A stretch of 64,000 nucleotides of DNA from an uncultured Gemmatimonadales bacterium (lineage in GTDB: Bacteria > Gemmatimonadota > Gemmatimonadetes > Gemmatimonadales > GWC2-71-9), in NCBI GenBank assembly GCA_963715665.1, contig OY970263.1, forward strand, positions 51,631 through 115,630, given 5' to 3'. A program made the translations under genes and the position numbers. Below, piece by piece: positions 23,016-34,891 of this stretch; the first letter of the stretch is position 1, and the number at the start of each line of letters is the position of its first letter. Below the pieces are notes generated by a model that saw only the letters and a list, made by a program, of their open reading frames with translations, ran no database searches and was not told where the DNA came from.

Positions 23016-24254
23016 TCACGGCAGGTGCGCCGTGGTGAACCACCCCGCGGTTCTCGCCCCGCTGTACTTCAATTCCCAGTTGGCACCGCCCGGCGCCGGT
23101 CCCGTCACCGTCGTCGAGACGCCGTTGCCGATGAAGTCGTCGTTGGTCTTGATCAGGTCCCACGCCGTCGCGAGCAGCTTGAAGATCGACGGCGCGGCCT
23201 GGATGCCGCGGTAGTACCACGGCTCGACCTTGCCGCTGGTGATCGAGTGGTAGACCTGGTCGACCTGGTCGACGGTCCTGGTGATCGAGATCGAATCGGC
23301 GTGATCGACGCACGGCTCGTTGTCGTCCTCCCAGGCCACGATCCGGATCGGTGCGCCAGGATGCTGTGCCTGGTACCTGTTGAGGGCGTCGTCGGAGAGC
23401 AGCAGTGCGCGGCCGGTCCAGTCGGCACCGTTCTGGTCGAAATAGTCGGGGCCGTAGTCGTTGCCACCGGCGCAGGCGAGCTGTTCCGAGGTGCCGTTGT
23501 CGCCCTCGCCGTAGACGTGGTACTCGTACTCCGGCTCTCCCTTCAGCCAGCTCTCGTACGAACCGCTGATGTGGCTCTGCACCAGGTAGAGCCCCGGCAC
23601 ACCGGGAGTATCGGTCGACGTGCCGCTGCCGGTGCCGCCGCTGCCGCCGGGAGACGTCGTTCCGCCGCACATGTCGAGGCACTCCTCGACCTTTTCGGGG
23701 TGCCCGCCGGTGAAGTCGGTTTCCTGCGGCACCAGTGCCAGCACCGGTTCGGCCGGCGGCGTGTCGGCGTCGAGCAGCAGGCGCTGGCCCGAGACGGTAT
23801 ACGCCACCGGGGCCTCGCCGTCCTGGCCGATGGTCGCGACCAGCAGGTTGGTGTCACCGGTCCACGCGTGGCGTTGCGCCGCCACCGGGAAGTAGAGCTC
23901 GAGGGCCCGAGCCTGGTCGAGGTCGGAGAGCAACTCCGGCACCGTGCGAGACGCGCCCCGCGCCAGCGATGCCAGCAGGTATCCCTGGTCGGTGTGCGAG
24001 AGCACCTGGAACTGGAGCTTTCCCTCGGGAGCATTCGACTGGTCGAGTCGCTCCTTGACCGAGGCGCGGACGGCGGGATTGGCAAGCGCGAGGGCGAGGG
24101 CGCGCGTCAACCGCTCGCGGGCGGCGGGGGCGCCACCGGGCGCCAGCGCCGTGGCGCCGATGGGATCAGGGGGTGGGGTGGTGGGGGCCGGCTGGTCGGC
24201 GCACCCTGCGAGCAGGGCAGCGGCGGCGCCGAAGGCGATGATGCGACGCAACAT
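23016..24254 (-). CDS. lipoprotein of unknown function
   Basis: ATG 24254 lies 5 nt after GGAGG. Lipobox AAALLAGC. Pro/Gly/Thr/Ser linker (GGTTSPGGSGGTGSGTSTDTPG) between two domains. No family recognised. Confidence 0.65.
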   Translation of the reverse strand: MLRRIIAFGAAAALLAGCADQPAPTTPPPDPIGATALAPGGAPAARERLTRALALALANPAVRASVKERLDQSNAPEGKLQFQVLSHTDQGYLLASLARGASRTVPELLSDLDQARALELYFPVAAQRHAWTGDTNLLVATIGQDGEAPVAYTVSGQRLLLDADTPPAEPVLALVPQETDFTGGHPEKVEECLDMCGGTTSPGGSGGTGSGTSTDTPGVPGLYLVQSHISGSYESWLKGEPEYEYHVYGEGDNGTSEQLACAGGNDYGPDYFDQNGADWTGRALLLSDDALNRYQAQHPGAPIRIVAWEDDNEPCVDHADSISITRTVDQVDQVYHSITSGKVEPWYYRGIQAAPSIFKLLATAWDLIKTNDDFIGNGVSTTVTGPAPGGANWELKYSGARTAGWFTTAHLP

Positions 24255-24341
24255 GAAAACCTCCCGGATACGGGCTGGCGGTGCGCGGGCGGCGGAAGTG
24301 CCGCACGGCACCGCGCACGATCGGGAGGAGGAGGGAAGAAT

Positions 24342-24367
24342 GCCGGCGCGCTTCCGCGCGATCCGGC
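24342..24367 (-). terminator. stem-loop after the ABC-exporter permease
   Basis: GCCGGCGCGC-TTCC-GCGCG(AT)CCGGC forms 10 bp with a 2-nt bulge. It is followed on the minus-strand RNA by AUUCUUCCCUCC. Confidence 0.4.
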
Positions 24368-24381
24368 GCATTTTGCCGCGC

Positions 24382-26100
24382 CTACACCTCGAGCGCGGCG
24401 AGGCGCCGCGCCGCGCGGTGCATCGGCACCACGCCCGCGACGATGCAGAGCAGGGCGGCGATGCCGAACAGCACCGCGCCGCTCACCCCGACGCCGGTGG
24501 CAGCACCGCTCTGGCTGGCGCGGACCCGCTCGTTGATCGGGATCGCCTCCAGCATGATCACCGCGCCGAGCAACGCCACGGCAAGCAGCATGAAGACCAG
24601 TCCGCCGAACGAGGTGGGGATCTGTGCCGCGTTCTCGCTCTCGAATTGCGGAAACAGGGTGCCCATGCCGAGGGCGAGGCCGCCGACGGCGAGCGTGTAG
24701 GCCACCACGGTGGCGACGCTCACCAGCAGCATGAAGGCGTTGGCCCGGAGCAGCACGTCGGTGGTGACCGTCAGGCCGAGGGCGAGGGTGAGCAGCGGGA
24801 CGATGCCCACCAGGTACTTGCCGCGAAGCATGGCGCGGGGGTCGAGCGGCGAGGAGCGGAGCAGCCAGAGCTGTCGGCCTTCCAGCGACACCGACGGGAA
24901 GATGAAGTGGGCCGCGACATTCGCGATGGCGAACCCCGCCAGTCCCTGGCTCAGGAAGACGATCAGGGTGATCAGCACCGCGGGCACCCGTTCGCCGGTG
25001 AACAGCGGCAACGCCTGCACGTTGAAGAGAATTACCAGCACCAGCACGCCGATCAGGATCAACTGGCTCCACTGTGTGCTGTCGCGGAAGAAGATTCGCA
25101 GGTCCTTGAGGATGAACTCGCGGCGCAGCGGCGGCATGCCACCGAGCAGCCAGCCGCCGGCGGTGGCCCAGCGCGAGCGCCGCCCGAAGCGGTCGGCGCC
25201 TTCCTGGGCCCGGGAATAGGCCGCGGCGTACCAGCGGCGATGCAGCGACGCACCAATGACGACCATGCTTCCGGCGGTGGTCCACAGCAGCAGGATCGGC
25301 AGCGGGTCGGCGATCCGGGTCAGCCAGTTCATCAGCATGCCCGCCGACCACTCGCTGGGCAGCAGCGGATGACTCGGCGCGCGCAGCACCGCGATGAAGT
25401 CGACGAGGTTCTGGAACCCTTCGGGGCGCGCCAGCTGCTCGGGCCGCAGCACGCGGATGAAGAGCACCAGGGCGCCGGCCGCCGCCACGGTGACGAGGCC
25501 CAGCAGGTCGCGGGTGCGCCGCGCCGGGAAGACCGTCACCAGCAGCAGCGTGATGGTGCTGCCGATGACGCCGCTGATGATGAACAGCGGCAGCAATGCC
25601 GCCGCGGCGACCAGCGGGAAGAGCGGGCCGCCGTGCCAGACGATGCCGTACGCCGCCAGCAGCGGCACGGCGAGCAACGCCACCATCCACGATGAGTGGA
25701 CCACGGTCTCGGCGAGCTTGGCGAGGTAGAAGCGGCCCCATTCGACGGGGGCCGCGACGAGCATGTCGAGGTCGCGCGCCAGGAAGAAGGTGGACAGCGA
25801 GGTGACGAGGTTGGAGAGCAGCAGGATGGCGCCGAAGGCGAGCAGCGCCATGTCGAGCAGCTTGCCGGCGAGGAGCGGCCCGATCTCGGGGACGCCGGCG
25901 AAGTAGCGCAGCACCCGCCATGCGATGGTGAAGGCGGCCCCGAGGAAGAGTGTTCCGGCGACACCGAGCAGCACGCCGCGGCCCGGGAGCCCGTCGGCCT
26001 GCCGGCGCCGGAGCCGCGCCCAGGTGCTGCGCCACTTGGGCGAGGTCAGCGTCATCAGCCCGGGCTGCGCCGGCGCGAACGGACTACCCGAGAATGGCAT
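24382..26100 (-). CDS. polytopic permease of a putative ABC exporter (ABC-2/putative-exporter type)
   Basis: 572 aa with about 12 hydrophobic helices. Directly downstream of the ABC ATPase. Start is ATG 26100 (17-nt overlap) or ATG 26055. Confidence 0.7.
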   Translation of the reverse strand: MPFSGSPFAPAQPGLMTLTSPKWRSTWARLRRRQADGLPGRGVLLGVAGTLFLGAAFTIAWRVLRYFAGVPEIGPLLAGKLLDMALLAFGAILLLSNLVTSLSTFFLARDLDMLVAAPVEWGRFYLAKLAETVVHSSWMVALLAVPLLAAYGIVWHGGPLFPLVAAAALLPLFIISGVIGSTITLLLVTVFPARRTRDLLGLVTVAAAGALVLFIRVLRPEQLARPEGFQNLVDFIAVLRAPSHPLLPSEWSAGMLMNWLTRIADPLPILLLWTTAGSMVVIGASLHRRWYAAAYSRAQEGADRFGRRSRWATAGGWLLGGMPPLRREFILKDLRIFFRDSTQWSQLILIGVLVLVILFNVQALPLFTGERVPAVLITLIVFLSQGLAGFAIANVAAHFIFPSVSLEGRQLWLLRSSPLDPRAMLRGKYLVGIVPLLTLALGLTVTTDVLLRANAFMLLVSVATVVAYTLAVGGLALGMGTLFPQFESENAAQIPTSFGGLVFMLLAVALLGAVIMLEAIPINERVRASQSGAATGVGVSGAVLFGIAALLCIVAGVVPMHRAARRLAALEV

Positions 26101-26839
26101 CGAGGTCGTGTTCGACGTGGCCGCCGGTGAGGCGGAGGAAGAGTTCTTCGAGGCCGGCGTGGCGCGAGTCGCTGGCGGCGCGGAGTTCGTCGAGCGTGCC
26201 GCAGGCGACCAATTCGCCCTGGCGGATGATGCCGATCCGGTCGCACATCCCCTCGACCACCTCGAGGGTGTGGGTGCTCATCAGCACGGTGCCGCCGCGT
26301 TCCACGAAGCGGCGGAAAATCCGCTTCAGGAGCCGCGCGCTCTTGGGGTCGAGCCCGACCATCGGCTCGTCGACCACGATCACCTCGGGGCGGTGCACCA
26401 GTGCGCCGGCGATGATCAGCTTCTGCCGCATGCCGTGGCTGTACGATTCGGTCAGCTCGTGCTTCCAGTCGCTGAGCTCGAAGAGTCCCAGCAATTCGTC
26501 GATGCGCCGCTCGATGTCGGGGCCGTCCTGGCCGAAGAGCGCCGCGGTGAAGCGGAGAAATTCGGCGCCGGTCAGCTTGTCGTAGACAAACGGTCGGTCG
26601 GGGATGAAGCCGAGCTTTGCCTTTGCCGCCAGGGGCTTGCGGGCGATGTCGATCCCGCCGATCTCGATGGCGCCGGCGCTGGGGGCCAGGATGCCGGCGA
26701 TCATCCGCATGGTGGTGGTCTTGCCGGCGCCGTTCGGCCCGAGAAAGCCGAACAATTCGCCGCGGCGGATCTCGAGGTCGATACCCTTGACCGCCTCGAA
26801 CCGGCCGTAACGCTTCACGACGCCGCGTAACTCGATCAT
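26084..26839 (-). CDS. ABC transporter ATP-binding protein
   Basis: ATG 26839. Walker A GPNGAGKTT, Q-loop, signature YSHGMRQKL, Walker B VIVVDEPMVGLD, H-loop STHTL. Only the last 251 codons of track ORF 26084-28339 are real. Confidence 0.9.
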   Translation of the reverse strand: MIELRGVVKRYGRFEAVKGIDLEIRRGELFGFLGPNGAGKTTTMRMIAGILAPSAGAIEIGGIDIARKPLAAKAKLGFIPDRPFVYDKLTGAEFLRFTAALFGQDGPDIERRIDELLGLFELSDWKHELTESYSHGMRQKLIIAGALVHRPEVIVVDEPMVGLDPKSARLLKRIFRRFVERGGTVLMSTHTLEVVEGMCDRIGIIRQGELVACGTLDELRAASDSRHAGLEELFLRLTGGHVEHDLDAILG

Positions 26840-28401
26840 CGGATCACTCCGTCGCCGGTGGTCGGGAGCGGCACCAGCCGCGCATTGGCCACCAGCGGCA
26901 ACATCCCGTCGCGTCCGCCCGATCCGGCGAGCGCCAGACGAATGAGGTTGGTCGGTGCCGGCACGAGGCCCCGCACCGGATCGACGGCGAACCATCCGCC
27001 GCGTCCACCCGGACTCCACACCTCCGCCCAGGCATGCGGATAGAGGGTATCGCCGCGTACCGCGACGCCGGTAACGTAGCGCGCCGGAATCCCCGCGGCG
27101 CGGGCGGCGGCCACAAAGAGCCGCGCGATCCCGTCGGGGCGGCCGCGGTGCGCCGCCAGGGTCCCGAGGGCGTCCTGCGGCGCGCCGATCGCGGTGTCGA
27201 GCCGGACGGTGCGGCGGATCGTGTCGATCAACGCCATCAATCCCACCGATTCGGCGACCATGCCGTCGAACGACGCCGCGAACGTGCGCACCGCATGGGC
27301 GTCCGACTGGATCATCGGATCCTCGGGGACCTCCCGCGGCGTGATGACCACCGGGTGGCTCACCTCGGGGCCCACCGTGATGGTGTCGCCGTGGACCGTC
27401 TGCCGGCCGCCGCTCAATCCGGCCAGCAATGCGGTATCGACCGGCGTGCCGTCGCGATGCAGGGCGAGGTAGCGTCGCGGGGCCGTGCTGGTGTCGATCA
27501 ACCGACTCGCCGCCAGCAACCGCATGGCCGGGAGGGCGGCGGCGACGCTGCCCGGGTCGGCCGCAACGCGCCGCTGGAAACGGGAGATCGCGAGGTCGAA
27601 ATCGGTGCGCACCCAGGTGACCCCGAGTGGCGTCTGGCGTCCCAGCACGTTGCCACGGTGGTCGACCCAGAGCCGGTACGGACCGAGCGGACCGACGATG
27701 TCGAGGGCCACCGCGTGCGCCGTGGTCTGGTGCGCCGCCACCCACCCTTCGACGGGATCGGTGCGCGAACTGTCGGCATAGTCGATCGTCGAGTCGCGGC
27801 CGGCGACGACCGGCGCTTCGACCACCGCCGGTGGCCAACCGTCGGCGACCAGCACGGTGCGCGAGCGTCCCGAGGCGGCAACGCCGGAAAGCGCCAGGCG
27901 GTAGCTCAGGGCGCTCTGGGCCACCGGGCGGGCGTCGAGGTGCAGCTTCCCGACGGCGCGGCGGGTGCCGTCGAGCGAGCTGACCATGATCGAATCGCCC
28001 CGGGCGATCACCGACCAGTCGACGGCGCGTCCCGGCATGCTCGATCGCGCGGTGATCCCCTCGAGGCCGAGGGTGGCGTCGAGGTGGGTTTCCGAGCGCC
28101 AGGTGGTCCGGGTCAGGCGGCCGTCGCGGGGTACCTCGAAGGTCTCGGTGGCGACGATCCGGTAGCCCGGGGAGAGGGTGTCGAGGGTGATGCCCCCGCT
28201 GCCGACTTGCACCGAGCCGGCATCGATGGCGAACCACCCGCCGCCGGGGGCGAGCCGGAGTGCTGCCTCGCTCGACAGGTCGGTGGCGCGGTCGGCGTGG
28301 ACCTGCCGCCACGCCAGCCAGCCGAGGGAGCCGCCCCACCCCAGCAGGACGACGATGGCGAGCGAGGCCCGGAGCGAGGGACGGTAGAGGATCAGTGCCA
28401 T
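26836..28401 (-). CDS. membrane-anchored transglutaminase-like domain protein (catalytic Cys apparently absent)
   Basis: ATG 28401 (TTG 28419 is an alternative). N-terminal TM helix. C-terminal TGase-core pattern GRPDGIARLFVAAARAAGIPARYVTG...HAWAEVW...WFAVDP, with His and Asp kept but no Cys at the nucleophile position. ATGA overlap with the ATPase gene. Confidence 0.7.
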   Translation of the reverse strand: MALILYRPSLRASLAIVVLLGWGGSLGWLAWRQVHADRATDLSSEAALRLAPGGGWFAIDAGSVQVGSGGITLDTLSPGYRIVATETFEVPRDGRLTRTTWRSETHLDATLGLEGITARSSMPGRAVDWSVIARGDSIMVSSLDGTRRAVGKLHLDARPVAQSALSYRLALSGVAASGRSRTVLVADGWPPAVVEAPVVAGRDSTIDYADSSRTDPVEGWVAAHQTTAHAVALDIVGPLGPYRLWVDHRGNVLGRQTPLGVTWVRTDFDLAISRFQRRVAADPGSVAAALPAMRLLAASRLIDTSTAPRRYLALHRDGTPVDTALLAGLSGGRQTVHGDTITVGPEVSHPVVITPREVPEDPMIQSDAHAVRTFAASFDGMVAESVGLMALIDTIRRTVRLDTAIGAPQDALGTLAAHRGRPDGIARLFVAAARAAGIPARYVTGVAVRGDTLYPHAWAEVWSPGGRGGWFAVDPVRGLVPAPTNLIRLALAGSGGRDGMLPLVANARLVPLPTTGDGVIR

Positions 28402-28485
28402 TCGGCTGTCTTTACGCAAAGGACGGGCCGCATCCGGTCCCCGCCGGTTGCTCGGGGTTCGGGCTCCGCCTTACCATTCCGGGCT

Positions 28486-31350
<2,865 letters not shown>

Positions 31351-31410
31351 CTTCGCGGCGGCGCCGCCGGATTGGGTAGATTGTCGGGGCGGGGCTCTCC
31401 GGAGGCGCGC

Positions 31411-31626
31411 GTGAAGACAGAGGCCATCATCGAGGTCCTCGGTTTTGCCAACGGGCACCTTCAGCCGGTCCGCCTCGTGCTGCGGGACGGCTCGGAGGTG
31501 GTCGGCGTGCCGTCGACGGTCGACGTCCATCCGGCCGCCAACGAAGTCTTCCTGCATCCCACCGGCAGCGACGACACCGAAATCGGCGTGTCGCTGACGG
31601 CCATCGTCTCCGCCCAACTGGTATAG
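31411..31626 (+). CDS. small hypothetical protein (71 aa)
   Basis: GTG 31411 lies 5 nt after GGAGG (31401-31405). VKTEAIIEVLGFANGHLQPVRLVLRDGSEVVGVPSTV... No family recognised. Confidence 0.4.
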   Translation: MKTEAIIEVLGFANGHLQPVRLVLRDGSEVVGVPSTVDVHPAANEVFLHPTGSDDTEIGVSLTAIVSAQLV

Positions 31627-31629
31627 CCC

Positions 31630-32295
31630 ATGGTCTCACTGCTCGACATCATCGGCCCGGTCATGGTCGGACCCTCCTCGTCACACACCGCGGGTGCGTG
31701 CCGCCTGGGACTGATTGCGCGGGCGCTGATCGGCGGCACGCCGGACACCGCCCGGGTCGAGCTGCACGGTTCGTTCGCGCGGACCGGCACCGGGCACGGC
31801 ACCGACCGCGCCATTGCCGGCGGACTGCTGGGGTTCTCTCCCGACGACGTACGGCTGCGGGAATCGCTCGAACTCGCCGAAGCCGCCGGCGTCGCGATCA
31901 CCTTCGAGAACACCAAGCTGCGCGGCGAGCACCATCCCAATTCGGTGCGGATCACCGTGACCCGCGAAGGCCGTCGCGCCACCATGGTCGGTTCGTCGAT
32001 CGGCGCGGGGCGCATCGTCGTGACGTCGATCGACGGCTTTCCGGTCGATGTCACCGGCGCCTACACCACCCTCGTCGTCGTTGCGCACGACGAGCCGGGG
32101 ATCGTGGCGCGACTCGCCACCGCACTCGCCGAACACGATGTCAACCTCGCCACGATGCGGGTGTCACGCCGCCAGAAGGGCGGCGACGCGATCCATGTCT
32201 ACGAACTCGACTCTCCCCCCGACCCCGGCGCCCTCGCCCGGCTCCGCGAATTGCCGGCGATGAAGACGTTGCGGGTGATCGACCGGGTGTCGTGA
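31630..32295 (+). CDS. sdaAB: L-serine ammonia-lyase (iron-sulfur dependent), beta subunit
   Basis: MVSLLDIIGPVMVGPSSSHTAGA...HGTDRAI and a C-terminal ACT-like domain. Confidence 0.9.
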   Translation: MVSLLDIIGPVMVGPSSSHTAGACRLGLIARALIGGTPDTARVELHGSFARTGTGHGTDRAIAGGLLGFSPDDVRLRESLELAEAAGVAITFENTKLRGEHHPNSVRITVTREGRRATMVGSSIGAGRIVVTSIDGFPVDVTGAYTTLVVVAHDEPGIVARLATALAEHDVNLATMRVSRRQKGGDAIHVYELDSPPDPGALARLRELPAMKTLRVIDRVS

Positions 32296-33179
32296 TGTTC
32301 GAGTCCCTGCTCGACGCCGTTGCCGCCGCCGAATCGGCCGGGCTGTCGCTCGGCGAGCTGGCGCTGCGGAGCGAGGCGGAAGAGGGGCTGCGCAGCCGCG
32401 AGGAGGTCGAAGCCGGCCTCCAGCGCGCGCTCGACGTGATGCGCGGTGCGGTCGCGACCGGCCTGACCGGCGAGCTCCGCAGCGTCTCCGGGCTGGTCGG
32501 CGGCGACGCCGCGCGCCTCGCTGATGCCAAGGGGCCGCTCGCCGGGACGGTCTTCACTGACGCTCTCGCCGCCGCCCTCGCCGTGCAGGAAGTGAACGCG
32601 GCAATGGGGGTGATCGTCGCCGCTCCGACCGCGGGCGGCGCCGGTGTCCTGCCCGGTGTCCTGCTGGCGCTGGCCCGGCACCGGCAATCGAGTGACGCCG
32701 AGCTGGTCCGGGCACTCGCCGCCGCCGGGCTGATCGGCGCCGTGGTGGCGGTCCGGGCGTCGCTCTCCGGGGCCGAAGGCGGCTGTCAGGCGGAGACCGG
32801 CGCTGCCGCCGGGATGGCCGCCGGAGCCGGCGTCGAGCTGCTCGGCGGCACGCCGAGGCAGGCGATACACGCCGTCTCGGTCACCATGCAGGGCACCCTC
32901 GGGCTGGTCTGCGATCCCCTCGGCGGCCTCGTCGAGGTGCCCTGCGTCTACCGCAACGCGACTGGCGCGGCGATGGCCCTCGCCGGAATCGAAATGGCCC
33001 TGGCCGGAGTGGAATTCCCGATTCCGGTCGACGAGGTCGTCGATACCATGGGACAGATCGGTCGGGAGATGGATGTCCGGTACCGGGAGACCGCCGGCGG
33101 CGGGCTGGCGGCGACGCCGACGGGAAGGCGGCTGGCGCGGGAACGGCTGGTGACGCTGAAGCCGCGGAAGTCGCGCTGA
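32295..33179 (+). CDS. sdaAA: L-serine ammonia-lyase (iron-sulfur dependent), alpha subunit
   Basis: ATG 32295 overlaps the sdaAB TGA. AAPTAGGAGVLPG, GAEGGCQAETG, GLVCDPLGGLVEVPCVYRNA. Confidence 0.9.
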   Translation: MFESLLDAVAAAESAGLSLGELALRSEAEEGLRSREEVEAGLQRALDVMRGAVATGLTGELRSVSGLVGGDAARLADAKGPLAGTVFTDALAAALAVQEVNAAMGVIVAAPTAGGAGVLPGVLLALARHRQSSDAELVRALAAAGLIGAVVAVRASLSGAEGGCQAETGAAAGMAAGAGVELLGGTPRQAIHAVSVTMQGTLGLVCDPLGGLVEVPCVYRNATGAAMALAGIEMALAGVEFPIPVDEVVDTMGQIGREMDVRYRETAGGGLAATPTGRRLARERLVTLKPRKSR

Positions 33180-33195
33180 GGGCATCGTTCCCGGT

Positions 33196-33222
33196 TGAAA
33201 CATTCGTGACGACCGGTGCGTA
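33196..33222 (+). promoter_or_regulatory. candidate ECF-sigma (SigW/SigE-like) promoter TGAAAC-N17-CGTA upstream of the small-protein array
   Basis: TGAAAC at 33196-33201, a 17-nt spacer, CGTA at 33219-33222. About 90 nt upstream of the first array gene. Motif match only. Confidence 0.3.
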
Positions 33223-33314
33223 GGCGGTCGAGGATCGAGGACCGGCCCTGAGCGGCGAGCGGCCGTGGCCGCGCCAGGTCGACGGGGTGAGGGAGCGAGG
33301 AATTCAGGGGAGTC

Positions 33315-33578
33315 ATGGAAGACATACTCGCGATCGTATTGATCTTCGGAGGCGGCACCTGCATCGCGCTGGCGTTCTCGCCGCTCGGGCGGGCGCTGGC
33401 CGACCGGCTGCGCTACGGGAAAACGCCGCCGGTGGTGGAGAACGACCCGGCGATCTATTCCGAGATCGATCAGATGCGGGCCGAAATGAACGAGCTGCAG
33501 GAGCGCCTGGATTTTGCCGAGCGGTTGCTGGCCAAGCCGGGCGACTCCGAACTCCCGGTGCAGGGGAGTGAGCAATGA
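33315..33578 (+). CDS. array member 1: small single-TM protein with C-terminal ERLDFAERLLA helix (87 aa)
   Basis: MEDILAIVLIFGGGTCIALAFSPLGRALADRLRYG...EIDQMRAEMNELQERLDFAERLLAKPG... Stop overlaps the next start (ATGA). Confidence 0.7.
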   Translation: MEDILAIVLIFGGGTCIALAFSPLGRALADRLRYGKTPPVVENDPAIYSEIDQMRAEMNELQERLDFAERLLAKPGDSELPVQGSEQ

Positions 33579-33880
33579 CCAACGGACATCTGGCAATATT
33601 GATCATCTTCGGTGGCGGGCTGCTGGTGGCGCTGATCGCGGTCATCGCCAACAGCGACATCGGGCAGTCGATTGCCGACGCCATCCGCCACAACAGCGGC
33701 GCCAGCGAGGGCGCGGCGGTCCGGCGCGAGCTGGAGCAGATGCGGGGCAACGTCGAACAGCTGCAGACCGATGTGGAGTCGCTGCATGCGCAGCTGGGCG
33801 AGGCCCATGAGCGGCTCGATTTTGCGGAGCGGTTGCTCACCGAGCGGCACGACGCGCGCATCGAGGGACCCGGAGCATGA
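33575..33880 (+). CDS. array member 2: small single-TM protein with C-terminal ERLDFAERLL helix (101 aa)
   Basis: MTNGHLAILIIFGGGLLVALIAVIANSDIGQSIADAIRHNSG...LEQMRGNVEQLQTDVESLHAQLGEAHERLDFAERLLTERHDARIEGPGA. ATGA overlaps on both sides. Confidence 0.7.
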   Translation: MTNGHLAILIIFGGGLLVALIAVIANSDIGQSIADAIRHNSGASEGAAVRRELEQMRGNVEQLQTDVESLHAQLGEAHERLDFAERLLTERHDARIEGPGA

Positions 33881-34248
33881 CCGGCCGTCCGTGGTGGCAA
33901 CGTCCGGTCACACTGCGCACCGTCTTCTGGGGGGCGGCGGCGGCGATTCTCGGTTCGGCGGTGGCGCGCGACGGCCGCGAGCTGGCGCCCGGAATCCTGC
34001 TGGCGGTGGGCGCGCTGGTGATGCTGGCGCTGGTATTCGCATTCCACGGCGCGGTGACGCCGGCTGGCGACGAGCCGGCGGACGCGGCGGAGCTGCCACC
34101 GGCGCGACTCGACGAGATCGAAGCGCGCCTGGCCGACCAGGGTGCCCTCGAGCAGCGGTTGCTCGAATTGGAGGAGCGGCTCGACTTTGCCGAGCGGTTG
34201 CTGGCCGAGCGGCACGACGCGCGGATCGAAGGGCCGAGGGCGCCATGA
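33877..34248 (+). CDS. array member 3: two-TM protein with C-terminal EERLDFAERLLA helix (123 aa)
   Basis: ...VFWGAAAAILGSAV...ILLAVGALVMLALVFAF...LDEIEARLADQGALEQRLLELEERLDFAERLLAERHDARIEGPRAP. Confidence 0.7.
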   Translation: MTGRPWWQRPVTLRTVFWGAAAAILGSAVARDGRELAPGILLAVGALVMLALVFAFHGAVTPAGDEPADAAELPPARLDEIEARLADQGALEQRLLELEERLDFAERLLAERHDARIEGPRAP

Positions 34249-34532
34249 ACAGCTTCAACGGGAACGAACTCGCGCTTGGCATCATCATCATCGCCTTCTT
34301 TTTCGTGCGGCCGATCGCGCGGGCGTGGGCCAAGCGGCTCGACGGCAGTGCCGATCTGCACGGGCTGCGCGACGAGCTGACGCGGCTCGACGACCGGGTG
34401 GCGCAGCTGGAGGCGGAAAACGCCAGGTTGCTCGAGGTGGAAGAGCGGCTGGATTTTGCGGAACGGCTGCTGGCCGGGTCGCGGCAGGCGGACGGCAGCC
34501 CGGCGTCGCCGGTGACCGACGGGACGAGGTGA
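34245..34532 (+). CDS. array member 4: single-TM protein with C-terminal EERLDFAERLLA helix (95 aa)
   Basis: ATG 34245 (in frame within track ORF 33672-34532). MNSFNGNELALGIIIIAFFFVRPIARAWAKRLDG...LRDELTRLDDRVAQLEAENARLLEVEERLDFAERLLAGS... Confidence 0.7.
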   Translation: MNSFNGNELALGIIIIAFFFVRPIARAWAKRLDGSADLHGLRDELTRLDDRVAQLEAENARLLEVEERLDFAERLLAGSRQADGSPASPVTDGTR

Positions 34533-34537
34533 AGGCG

Positions 34538-34891
34538 ATGGACTCCGAGGCTGTGATCAGGATGCTGTTGGAATCCACCGGATTTGTCTTCATTCTGTTG
34601 GCGGGCCTGGCCGCACTGGCGGCGATTCGGGTGATCTGGAAGCGCGGTTCGGAGATGCACGCCGATTCCGGCGAGCTGCGAAGCGACCTCGACGCGCTGC
34701 GCGCCCGGCTCGACGCCATCGAGCAACGTGGGCTGACCTCGGGCGAAGTGGACGCCCAGTATTCTCGCCTCGCCGAACTCGAGGAGCGGGTCGACTTTGC
34801 CGAGCGACTGCTGGCGCAACGGCCGAGCGGCGCCACGCTGCCACTGGTCGCGCGCCAACCCTCACCGCCGACCGGGAGCCCGGTGCAATGA
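34538..34891 (+). CDS. array member 5: single-TM protein with C-terminal EERVDFAERLLA helix (117 aa)
   Basis: ATG 34538 (in frame within track ORF 34142-34891). MDSEAVIRMLLESTGFVFILLAGLAALAAIRVIWKRG...LRSDLDALRARLDAIEQ...YSRLAELEERVDFAERLLAQRP... Confidence 0.7.
   Translation: MDSEAVIRMLLESTGFVFILLAGLAALAAIRVIWKRGSEMHADSGELRSDLDALRARLDAIEQRGLTSGEVDAQYSRLAELEERVDFAERLLAQRPSGATLPLVARQPSPPTGSPVQ

Noticed and set aside
26084-26839. ABC ATPase as CcmA of the nearby ccm cluster
   Set aside because: It is on the opposite strand and 3 kb away. It is coupled to a 12-TM permease and a TGase-like protein rather than to ccmB/ccmC-like genes.
33179-33315. Sigma54 (GG-N10-GC) promoter as in enterobacterial psp operons
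   Set aside because: No TGGCAC-N5-TTGC-like element was found in the gap, and no PspF-like activator gene is in the window.
33313-34858. 300-aa and 316-aa minus-strand ORFs covering the small-protein array (and 35700-36863 opposite pspA)
   Set aside because: They are low-complexity Arg/Ala/Ser/Pro products. Their only 'repeat' (SAKSSRS) is the reverse complement of the conserved ERLDFAERLL codons. The plus-strand genes have ATG starts, ATGA coupling, TM helices and a conserved motif.
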